Shown in pieces: positions 17,165 to 24,680 of a stretch of 32,000 bases of DNA; the stretch's first letter is position 1; each line of letters begins with the position of its first letter. Origin of the DNA: Dehalococcoidia bacterium (GTDB lineage Bacteria; Chloroflexota; Dehalococcoidia; Lucifugimonadales; CAZENU01); the NCBI GenBank assembly GCA_965261815.1, contig CBDHDR010000002.1, positions 1,223,820 to 1,255,819 on the forward strand, read 5' to 3'. The position numbers were made by a program, and so were the translations under genes. The notes under the pieces were generated by a model. The model did no database searches. It was not told where the DNA came from and saw nothing but the letters and a program-made list of their open reading frames with translations.

Positions 17165-18049
17165 ATGAGTACCACGTCAGACATCAGGGTCGGCGTCCTG
17201 TTCCCGACCACGGAGATCGGGACGGACCCGGTCGTCATACGGGACTACGCCCAGACCGTCGAGGGGCTGGGCTACGACCACATGCTCTTCTTCGAGCACG
17301 TCCTCGGCGCCAACGCCGAGTCGCCGCAGGCGCGCGGCAAGCCCTGGCAGCACACGACGCCATACCACGAGCCATTCACGCTGTTCGGCTACCTTGCGTC
17401 TGTTACCGAGTCGATAGAGTTTGCCACCTGCATCATGGTGCTGCCGCTGCGCGAGACGGCGCTCGTCGCCAAGCAGGCGGCGGCCGTCGACGTGCTGTCC
17501 GGCGGACGGCTGAGACTCGGCGTTGCCGTCGGGCTCAACGACGTCGAGTACGAAGCGATGGGAAAAACCTTCCACGACCGTGGCGCGCGCATGGAGGAGC
17601 AGATCGAAGTGCTCAGGCTGCTCTGGACGCGCGAGCTCGTCACCTTCGAGGGCCGCTGGCACAAGATCACCGATGCCGGCATCAACCCGCTGCCGGTCCG
17701 TCGGCCTATACCGCTGTGGATCGGCGGCGGGGCAGACCCCGTAGTGCGACGCATCGGCCGCCTTGCCGACGGCTGGATGCTGCCGGGCACCATGCGGCAG
17801 CCGGACGACGCCGCGCGCGCCATCGACACGATGAGGGACCACGCCCGGCGGGCGGGCCGAGACCCCGACGAGATCGGCCTGCAGCGGGTCGTCTCCGGCG
17901 ATGGCCCGGCGGAGTGGGCAGACTCTGTCCGCGAGTGGCGTCTCCTCGGGGTTACCCACTTCGCGGTCAGCCCGAGCGGGCCGACGCCGGACGCGCAGTT
18001 CGAGAAGCTGCGGCAGTTCCGGGAAGTCGTATCCGAGGTGGGCGCCTGA
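17165..18049 (+). CDS. LLM-class (luciferase-like) F420-dependent oxidoreductase
   Basis: 294 aa from ATG 17165. VGVLFPTTEIGTDPVVIRDYAQTVEGLGYDH...GGRLRLGVAVGLNDVEYEAMG...INPLPVRRPIPLWIGG is typical of the LLM TIM-barrel family. Confidence 0.85.
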   Translation: MSTTSDIRVGVLFPTTEIGTDPVVIRDYAQTVEGLGYDHMLFFEHVLGANAESPQARGKPWQHTTPYHEPFTLFGYLASVTESIEFATCIMVLPLRETALVAKQAAAVDVLSGGRLRLGVAVGLNDVEYEAMGKTFHDRGARMEEQIEVLRLLWTRELVTFEGRWHKITDAGINPLPVRRPIPLWIGGGADPVVRRIGRLADGWMLPGTMRQPDDAARAIDTMRDHARRAGRDPDEIGLQRVVSGDGPAEWADSVREWRLLGVTHFAVSPSGPTPDAQFEKLRQFREVVSEVGA

Positions 18050-18912
18050 TGAGAATCGGGGTAGTCTTCCCGCAGATCGAGATCGGGCCCGACCCCGTGG
18101 CCGTCCGCGACTACGCGCAGGCGGCGGAGTCGCTGGGGTACGCCCACGTGTTGGCCTACGACCACGTGCTCGGAGCCAACGCCGGCAGCCGACCCGGCTG
18201 GAGCGGCGCGTACAGGCACACCGACCAGTTCCACGAGGTGATGGTCCTGTTCGCATACGTCGCCGGGCTGACCGAGACGGTGGAGTTGGTCACCGGCATC
18301 CTCATACTGCCCCAGAGGCAGACGGCGCTCGTCGCCAAGCAGACGGCCGAGGTCGACATACTCAGCGGCGGCCGGCTGAGGCTCGGCATAGGCATCGGCT
18401 GGAACGACGTAGAGTACGAGGCGCTGAGCGAGGACTTCGGCAACCGCGGGCGGCGGTCCGAGGAGCAGATCGAGGTGCTCCGGCTGCTGTGGACGAACGA
18501 GCTGGTCACATACCGGGGCCGCTGGCATACGGTCGACGACGGCGGTATCAACCCGCTGCCGGTACAGAGGCCGATCCCGGTGTGGTTCGGCGGGATGGAC
18601 GAGCGCGTCCTGAAGCGGTTGGCCAGGGTCGGCGACGGCTGGATGCCCCAGGGCGGCCCGGACGACCGGCTGCGCGCCATGGCAGAGCGCGTCAGGACCT
18701 ACGCTCGCGAAGCCGGCCGCGACCCCGACGAGATCGGCGTCGACGGCAGGCTGACCATCCAAGGCACACCCGACGACTGGGCCCGAGATCTGGCCGGCTG
18801 GCAAGACCTCGGGGCCACCCACGTGTCCCTGACCACGACGGGCGCCGGCCTGCAGACGCCCCAGGACCACATCGACGCGATCACCCGGTTCAAAGAGGCG
18901 GTCCTGCGGTAG
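18049..18912 (+). CDS. LLM-class F420-dependent oxidoreductase (tandem paralogue)
   Basis: ATG 18049 overlaps the upstream stop (TGATG). The product is colinear with the preceding gene (MRIGVVFPQIEIGPDPVAVRDYAQAAESLGYAH...GGRLRLGIGIGWNDVEYEAL...). Confidence 0.85.
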   Translation: MRIGVVFPQIEIGPDPVAVRDYAQAAESLGYAHVLAYDHVLGANAGSRPGWSGAYRHTDQFHEVMVLFAYVAGLTETVELVTGILILPQRQTALVAKQTAEVDILSGGRLRLGIGIGWNDVEYEALSEDFGNRGRRSEEQIEVLRLLWTNELVTYRGRWHTVDDGGINPLPVQRPIPVWFGGMDERVLKRLARVGDGWMPQGGPDDRLRAMAERVRTYAREAGRDPDEIGVDGRLTIQGTPDDWARDLAGWQDLGATHVSLTTTGAGLQTPQDHIDAITRFKEAVLR

Positions 18913-18968
18913 CGCGGTATGCTGAAGGCGCTCGCCAGGACTGCGAAGAACCGCCAAACAAGGATACG

Positions 18969-20087
18969 ATGACAGAGGCGAGCCAACTCAAGCGGACTCC
19001 CCTGTACGACACCCACCTCGAGCTCGGCGGGCGGATGATGCCCTTCGGCGGCTGGGACATGCCGGTGCAGTACACGGGCATCCTCAACGAGGCCCGGGCC
19101 GTCAGGTCCAACGCCGGCCTGTTCGACGTCTCGCACATGGGCCGCATCGATATCAGCGGGCCGGACGCGGTGTCGCTGCTGAACCGGGTGCTCAGCGTTG
19201 ACGTGCCGAAGCTGCGGAGACGAAGGGCGCGCTACGGCGTCATATGCAACCTCGACGGCGGGATCATCGACGACACGATCGTCTACCGGCTGGGCAGAGA
19301 GCGGTTCCTGCTGGTCCCGAACGCCTCCAACGCGGACACCGTAGCCGACTGGCTGCTCCGCTGGCGAAGGGGCTCCGACGAGGTCGACGTCAATGTCATC
19401 ACCGACGAGCTCGCGATGATCGCGCACCAGGGACCCACGGCGCAGCTCATGTTGTCCGGGCTGACCGACCACGATCTGTCCTCGCTGCGGCTGTTCAGGG
19501 CTGCGGAGACCGAGATCGCGGGCGCGCCCTCCATCGTGGCCCGCACCGGCTACACGGGCGAGGACGGCTTCGAGCTGATGGTCCCCGCCGGCGACGCCGC
19601 GAGAATATGGCGGGCGCTGAGCGACGCCGGCGCGGTGCCGTGCGGGCTCGGAGCGCGGGACGTGCTGCGTCTGGAGGCGGGGCTGCCCCTTCACGGCAAC
19701 GACATCGACGCGGGCACCAACCCGTACGAGGCCGGGCTGGGCAGGTTCGTAGACCTCGACCGGGACGAGTACGTCGCCAGGGAGTCCTTGATACGCCTCC
19801 GGGACGCGGGCCCGGCCCGCAGGCTGGTCGGCTTCGACGTGGTCGGACGAGGCATCGCGCGACAGGGCCACGCCATCGTCGCAGGAGACGAGCGCGTCGG
19901 CGAGGTTACCAGCGGAAGCTACTCTCCCACGCTTGACAGGGCAATAGGCATGGGCTATGTTCGAGAAGACTTGTCGGATCCTGGGACTCCCCTCCACGTG
20001 GATGTCCGGGGCCGTATGGTGGAGGCCGAAGTGGCGTTGCTTCCCTTCTACGCCGAGCGGCAGGCCCCCATACTCGCGCCCATATAG
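18969..20087 (+). CDS. gcvT: glycine cleavage system aminomethyltransferase (T protein)
   Basis: KRTPLYDTHLELGGRMMPFGGWDMPVQYTGILNEARAVRSNAGLFDVSHMGR and RTGYTGEDGFEL. Confidence 0.93.
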   Translation: MTEASQLKRTPLYDTHLELGGRMMPFGGWDMPVQYTGILNEARAVRSNAGLFDVSHMGRIDISGPDAVSLLNRVLSVDVPKLRRRRARYGVICNLDGGIIDDTIVYRLGRERFLLVPNASNADTVADWLLRWRRGSDEVDVNVITDELAMIAHQGPTAQLMLSGLTDHDLSSLRLFRAAETEIAGAPSIVARTGYTGEDGFELMVPAGDAARIWRALSDAGAVPCGLGARDVLRLEAGLPLHGNDIDAGTNPYEAGLGRFVDLDRDEYVARESLIRLRDAGPARRLVGFDVVGRGIARQGHAIVAGDERVGEVTSGSYSPTLDRAIGMGYVREDLSDPGTPLHVDVRGRMVEAEVALLPFYAERQAPILAPI

Positions 20088-20129
20088 GCTGGAAGAGTCC
20101 CCCGTCACATACATTCCCCTGTACCCGCG

Positions 20130-20135
20130 TATAAT
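20130..20135 (+). promoter_or_regulatory. consensus TATAAT -10 box placed for a leaderless gcvH transcript
   Basis: TATAAT at 20130-20135, then 6 nt (gagcgc), then ATG 20142. No Shine-Dalgarno in the 54-nt gcvT-gcvH spacer. Confidence 0.35.
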
Positions 20136-20141
20136 GAGCGC

Positions 20142-20531
20142 ATGACGAACCCCTCAGATCGCAGATACATCCAGGAGCACGACTGGGTACGCGTGGGCGC
20201 CGACGGGCTGGCGACCTTCGGGATCACCGACCACGCCCAGGACAGCCTTGGAGACGTGGTGTTCGTAGACCTTCCCGATCCGGGCGCGAAGGTCCTGCGG
20301 GCCGAGCCGTTCGGGGAGATCGAGTCCGTCAAGGCCGTGTCGGAGCTCGTCGCACCGACGAGCGGGACAGTCGTCGAGCGCAACGAGGCCGTCGTAGGCG
20401 CTCCGGAGCTGGTCAACGAGTCGCCCTTCGAGGACGGGTGGCTGGTGAGGGTGGAGTTGGCGGACGCGTCCGAGCTGGACGGCCTGATGTCCGCGGAGGA
20501 GTACGACGCGTTCCTCGTGTCCGGGTCCTAA
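20142..20531 (+). CDS. gcvH: glycine cleavage system H protein (lipoyl carrier)
   Basis: FGITDHAQDSLGDVVFVDLP...GEIESVKAVSELVAPTSG, with the lipoyl-lysine in ESVKA. Confidence 0.93.
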   Translation: MTNPSDRRYIQEHDWVRVGADGLATFGITDHAQDSLGDVVFVDLPDPGAKVLRAEPFGEIESVKAVSELVAPTSGTVVERNEAVVGAPELVNESPFEDGWLVRVELADASELDGLMSAEEYDAFLVSGS

Positions 20532-20552
20532 CAGCTCCCGACGATCCACAGC

Positions 20553-21875
20553 ATGGGCTTCACCTCACCCTACACGCCGAACACCGACTCCGACCGGCGG
20601 ACCATGTTGGACGCTATCGGCGTCGACTCCGTGAATGACCTCTTTTCCGACATCCCCGCGGAGCACCGCAACCCTGAGCTGGACCTGCCGGCGCCCACTT
20701 CGGAGCTCGAGCTGCGCCGGGAGATCGAGGCCATGGCGGCAGAGAACGTCACGCCCGGCAGGTACTCGTCCTTCCTGGGCGGAGGCTCGTACCGCCACTT
20801 CGTCCCCGCTGTGGTGCGGCAGATCGCCTCCCGCAGCGAGTTCATGACCAGCTACACGCCGTACCAGCCCGAGGTCTCCCAGGGCACGCTGCAGGCGCAC
20901 TACGAGTTCCAGTCGATGGTGTGCCAGCTCACCGGGATGGAGGTCGCCAACGCCGGCATGTACGACGGATCGACGTCCATGGCCGAAGCCGTGCTCATGG
21001 CCGCCAGGCTGACCAGGAGAGACCGTGTCGCCGTGCTCGACACGGTGTCGCCGTACTACCGGGACGTGCTGGCCACCTACGTGCAGGCGCCCGGCCTGCG
21101 GATCAACACCGTGCCGCCGGGCGACGACACGCTCGCCGAGGACACGGCGTGCCTGGTCGTACAGCAGCCGGGTTTTCTGGGCTACATGGATGACCTGGAG
21201 GTCCTCTCCCGCAGGGCTCACGACCGCGGCGCGCTGCTGATCGTCGTGGCGGACCCGGTATCCCTGGCGATGTTCAGGCCCCCCAGCGACTACGACGCCG
21301 ACATCGTCGTAGCCGAGGGACAGACTCTGGGCATCGCGCCTACCTACGGCGGGCCGTACGTCGGCATATTCGCCTGCAAACAACGGTACGTGCGGCAGAT
21401 GCCGGGCCGCATCGTCGGCCGGACCGTGGACTCGCGCGGCCGCACCGGGTACGTGCTCACGCTCCAGGCAAGGGAGCAGCACATCCGCCGCGAGAAGGCC
21501 ACCTCCAACATATGCACGTCGGTCGGGCTCATCGCGCTCATGTCCGCGGTCTACATGGCCTCGCAGGGCAAGCGCGGACTGCGGCACGTCGCCGAGCTCT
21601 GCTACCACAAGGCCCACTACGCCGCGTCGTTGGTCCAGGACATCCCCGGGTACTCCCTCCCGATCGGCGGGACCTTCTTCCGCGAGTTCGTCGTCCGATG
21701 TCCGAAGCCTCCCGAGGAGACCAACCGCCTCCTGTTGGAGCGCGGCATCATCGGCGGTCTCGACGTCAGCGACCAGGTGCCCAACGGAATGCTGATCTGC
21801 TGCACCGAGGTGAACAGCAGGGAGGAGATAGATTCCCTGGCCAGAGCATTGGCCGAGATAGGCGGCGCCGATTGA
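20553..21875 (+). CDS. gcvPA: glycine dehydrogenase (aminomethyl-transferring) subunit 1
   Basis: PYTPNTDSDRRTMLDAIGV...FLGGGSYRHFVP...TSYTPYQPEVSQGTLQ...REQHIRREKATSNICT. Confidence 0.93.
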   Translation: MGFTSPYTPNTDSDRRTMLDAIGVDSVNDLFSDIPAEHRNPELDLPAPTSELELRREIEAMAAENVTPGRYSSFLGGGSYRHFVPAVVRQIASRSEFMTSYTPYQPEVSQGTLQAHYEFQSMVCQLTGMEVANAGMYDGSTSMAEAVLMAARLTRRDRVAVLDTVSPYYRDVLATYVQAPGLRINTVPPGDDTLAEDTACLVVQQPGFLGYMDDLEVLSRRAHDRGALLIVVADPVSLAMFRPPSDYDADIVVAEGQTLGIAPTYGGPYVGIFACKQRYVRQMPGRIVGRTVDSRGRTGYVLTLQAREQHIRREKATSNICTSVGLIALMSAVYMASQGKRGLRHVAELCYHKAHYAASLVQDIPGYSLPIGGTFFREFVVRCPKPPEETNRLLLERGIIGGLDVSDQVPNGMLICCTEVNSREEIDSLARALAEIGGAD

Positions 21876-23359
21876 ACGCGGCCAGCCGAAACGGCGACGA
21901 CCGGCGCCGCCAGCTGCTGATGGACCGCAGCGTCCCCGGCAGGCTGGGCACGACCCTGCCCCTGCTGGACGTGCCCGCCCAGGACCTGCCGCCGTCGGAG
22001 ATGCTGCGCGACTCGCTGGAGATGCCCGAGGTGGCCGAGGGAGAGCTGGTCCGCTACTTCTCGCAGATCAGCCAGTTCAACTTCTCCATCGACCATAACT
22101 TCTACCCGCTTGGGAGTTGCACCATGAAGTACAACCCCAAGCTCAACGACGAGATGGCGGGGCTCCCCGGGATGTCGGAGATCCACCCTCACCAGCCCGA
22201 GTCGACCGTACAGGGCGCGCTGAGGCTCGTGTTCGAGCTGCAGAGCTACCTGACCGAGATATCGGGCATGGCGGCGACGAGCCTGGCGCCCAAGGCCGGC
22301 GCCGAGAGCGAGCTGGCGGGGATGCTCATGGCGCGCGCCTACCATCTCGCCAACGGCGGCGGCGACCGCCGGGACGTGCTCGTCCCCGACAGCGCACACG
22401 GCACCAACCCGGCCTCCGCGGCGATGGCCGGCTTCAGGCTCGTCGAGCTGCCCTCCGACGCGTCCGGCAACACCGACCTCGACGCGCTGCAGGCCGCCAC
22501 GGGCGACGGTCTGGCCGCCTTCATGCTCACGCAGCCAAGCACCTTGGGGTTGTTCGACACCAACATCCTGGAGGTCACCCGAATCGTTCGCGCCGCGGGC
22601 GGCGTGGTCTACGGCGACGGTGCCAACCTGAATGCGCTGCTGGGCCGCGTGAAGCTGGGAGAGCTTGGCTTCGACGTGGTCCACTCGAACCTGCACAAGA
22701 CGTTCACGCAGCCCCACGGCGGCGGCGGGCCGGGAGCCGGCGCGGTCATGGTCAGCGAGCGGCTGGTGCCGTTCCTGCCGACGCCCGTCGTGGAGCGGCT
22801 GGAAGAGGATGGCGAGACACGGTACGCGCTGGGGTCTCCCCCGCAGTCGATCGGCCGTATGGGCGCCTTTCACGGCAACTTCGGCGCCCTCGTCCGCGCC
22901 TACTCGTACATCCGGACGCTCGGCAACGAAGGTATATCTCAGATCAGCGAGGACGCGGTCATCAACGCCAACTACGTGCTGAGCCAGCTCAGGGACGACT
23001 ACGTGCTGCCGTACGACCGCACCTGCTTCCACGAGGTCGTGCTGTCCGCCAGCAACCTGAAGCGCGACCACGGCGTCACCGCCCTGGACGTGGCCAAGCG
23101 GCTGATCGACTACGGGATACACCCGCCGACGATGTACTTCCCGCTGATCGTCGACGAGGCGCTGATGATCGAGCCGACCGAGACCGAGAGCCTCGAGACG
23201 CTCGACCACTTCGTCGCGGTCATGAAGGCAATCGCCCGCGAGGCCCGCGACGACCCCGAGCTCGTTCGCTCGGCTCCCCACGACACGCCGAACTCGCGCC
23301 TGGACGAGGCGCGCGCGGCACGGCAGCCGGACCTGCGCTGGCGGCCGGCCTCGGAATGA
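21872..23359 (+). CDS. gcvPB: glycine dehydrogenase (aminomethyl-transferring) subunit 2
   Basis: YPLGSCTMKYNPK, PDSAHGTNPASA, NLHKTF (PLP lysine). Start assigned to TTG 21872, which overlaps the gcvPA stop (ATTGA) so that the conserved N-terminal LLMDRSVPGR segment is retained. ATG 21920 is the alternative. Confidence 0.85.
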   Translation: MNAASRNGDDRRRQLLMDRSVPGRLGTTLPLLDVPAQDLPPSEMLRDSLEMPEVAEGELVRYFSQISQFNFSIDHNFYPLGSCTMKYNPKLNDEMAGLPGMSEIHPHQPESTVQGALRLVFELQSYLTEISGMAATSLAPKAGAESELAGMLMARAYHLANGGGDRRDVLVPDSAHGTNPASAAMAGFRLVELPSDASGNTDLDALQAATGDGLAAFMLTQPSTLGLFDTNILEVTRIVRAAGGVVYGDGANLNALLGRVKLGELGFDVVHSNLHKTFTQPHGGGGPGAGAVMVSERLVPFLPTPVVERLEEDGETRYALGSPPQSIGRMGAFHGNFGALVRAYSYIRTLGNEGISQISEDAVINANYVLSQLRDDYVLPYDRTCFHEVVLSASNLKRDHGVTALDVAKRLIDYGIHPPTMYFPLIVDEALMIEPTETESLETLDHFVAVMKAIAREARDDPELVRSAPHDTPNSRLDEARAARQPDLRWRPASE

Positions 23360-23393
23360 ATCTACACCCGCTCACCCGGACAGGAGGACAGAC

Positions 23394-23846
23394 ATGGTGG
23401 AAATAGGCGACACGGCACCGGACTTCACGCTGGTCGACCAGAATCGGAACGAGGTGACGCTCAGCCAGCTCCGCGGCGAAAAGAGCGTCGTACTCTCGTG
23501 GCACATACACTCCTTCACCGGCGGCTGAACGGACCAGGTCTCCTCGTTCCGGGCCGCGAACCCGGACTTCGAGGAGAAGAATGCCCAGGTACTGGGCATT
23601 AGCACGAACGCACAGCCGGCCCAGAACGCCTACTCGGTATCGCTGGGGAATATCCCCTACCCGATCCTGAGCGACTTCTACCCGCACGGCGAGGTCGCAC
23701 GGCAGTACGGGGTCTTCAACGACGAGACCGGGGTCTCGTTCCGGGCGATCTTCGTCGTTGACAAGGACGGCGTCGTCCGGTTCAAGCGCGTCTACACCAG
23801 CGCGGGCGACATCAGCATCGACGAGGTGCTGGCGGCCGTCGGCTAG
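23394..23846 (+). CDS. peroxiredoxin (AhpC/TSA-Bcp family) with in-frame UGA at the peroxidatic position: candidate selenocysteine peroxiredoxin 1
   Basis: AGGAGG RBS, ATG 23394. Hand translation: MVEIGDTAPDFTLVDQNRNEVTLSQLRGEKSVVLSWHIHSFTGG-TGA(23526-23528)-TDQVSSF...AQVLGISTN...YPILSDFYPHGEVARQYGV...RAIFVVDKDGVVR...; TAG at 23844-23846. The frame stays open and Prx-like for 105 codons after the TGA. Confidence 0.75.
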
Positions 23847-23899
23847 TCCCGGCGGCCCCGGCTACCGGGCATGATGGTGAAACCCAGCGCGCGCCCCTC

Positions 23900-23992
23900 G
23901 AGTAGCGCCGATGAAACATCGGCGCTACTCGGGGTGAACGGGTTGCGGGGAGTTCAACTCCGAACAGTCACCGGCCGCGACTTACCGGTTGC
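23900..23992 (+). other. conserved structured intergenic motif, copy B
   Basis: Perfect 14-bp hairpin GAGTAGCGCCGATG-aaa-CATCGGCGCTACTC (23900-23930), then ACTCGGGGTGAACGGG...CAACTCCGAACAGTCACC, then a further stem. Matches copy A at 11748-11790. Confidence 0.45.
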
Positions 23993-24088
23993 GGTGGGAC
24001 GGCGGCCGCCGGGCTGGCGACTGCCCCAGGCCTGGGGCAGTCATCACGTCGAGTCGCTTCGAGCCGACGGTAGAGCCTTGTGCGGTTG

Positions 24089-24096
24089 CTATAATG
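24089..24096 (+). promoter_or_regulatory. candidate extended -10 promoter (TGcTATAAT) for the second Sec-peroxiredoxin gene
   Basis: TGCTATAAT ends at 24096, 28 nt upstream of ATG 24125. AGGAGG RBS lies in between. Confidence 0.4.
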
Positions 24097-24124
24097 GCGC
24101 CGTCTCGTCCAGGAGGTACGCCTC

Positions 24125-24640
24125 ATGATCGGAGTCGGCAGCCGGGCCCCGGACTTCACCCTCGTCGACCACAACAAGCGCGGCGTCACCCTGAGCGGCT
24201 ACCGGGGCCGCAAGAACGTCGTCCTGTCGTTTCACGTCTACACCTTTACGGACGGCTGACGGGACCAGATTCTCTCGTTCATGGCGATAGGCCGTCAGTT
24301 CGAGAAGAGGGATACCCAGGTACTGGGTATTAGCACCGACGCCAGGCCGACGCAGGCCGCCTACTACCTGTGCATGGGCCCCACGCTCTACTACCCGATA
24401 CCGCTGCTGAGCGACTTCCATCCGAAGGGCGAGGTCAGCCGCCTATACGGCGTATACGACGACGAAAAGGGCACGGCCAAGCGCGCCGTGATCATGATCG
24501 ACAAGGACGGCGTCGTGCGCTCGGCCCGGCTCTACACCAGCGTCATCAAGGCCGGAACGACCGGCCAGGCCTACGTAGAGTCGGATCTCGACGCGGCCAA
24601 CGTCCTCACCGAGCTCGACCAGGTGTTGCCCGCCGACTAA
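24125..24640 (+). CDS. peroxiredoxin (AhpC/TSA-Bcp family) with in-frame UGA at the peroxidatic position: candidate selenocysteine peroxiredoxin 2
   Basis: ATG 24125. MIGVGSRAPDFTLVDHNKRGVTLSGYRGRKNVVLSFHVYTFTDG-TGA(24257-24259)-RDQILSF... continues in the same frame into track ORF 24281..24640 (TQVLGISTD...PLLSDFHPKGEVSRLYGV...RAVIMIDKDGVVR). The TGA is codon 45, as in paralogue 1. Confidence 0.75.
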
Positions 24641-24680
24641 CGCTCGCCGGCGCGGCAAGAGACGACCGACGGAGACATGG

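Noticed and set aside
18913-18968. A glycine riboswitch was expected upstream of gcvT.
   Set aside because: The spacer is only 56 nt and lacks the conserved GGAGAG...CACCGAAGGGGCAA-type blocks.
23947-23962. GGGGAGTTCAACTCC could be read as an anticodon stem-loop with U33-UCA-A37, i.e. a tRNA-Sec (selC) next to the selenoprotein genes.
   Set aside because: No acceptor stem, D-arm, long variable arm or GGTTCGA-type T-arm can be built around it. The paralogous motif copy at 11.77 kb lacks the TCA loop.
23526-24259. The two in-frame TGAs could mark pseudogenised peroxiredoxins.
   Set aside because: Both stops fall at the same catalytic-Cys codon (45) in two diverged paralogues. Both downstream frames remain open and conserved to a normal Prx length, and both genes keep an RBS and start. 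Sec decoding is the better explanation, though it is unproven without selABCD evidence.
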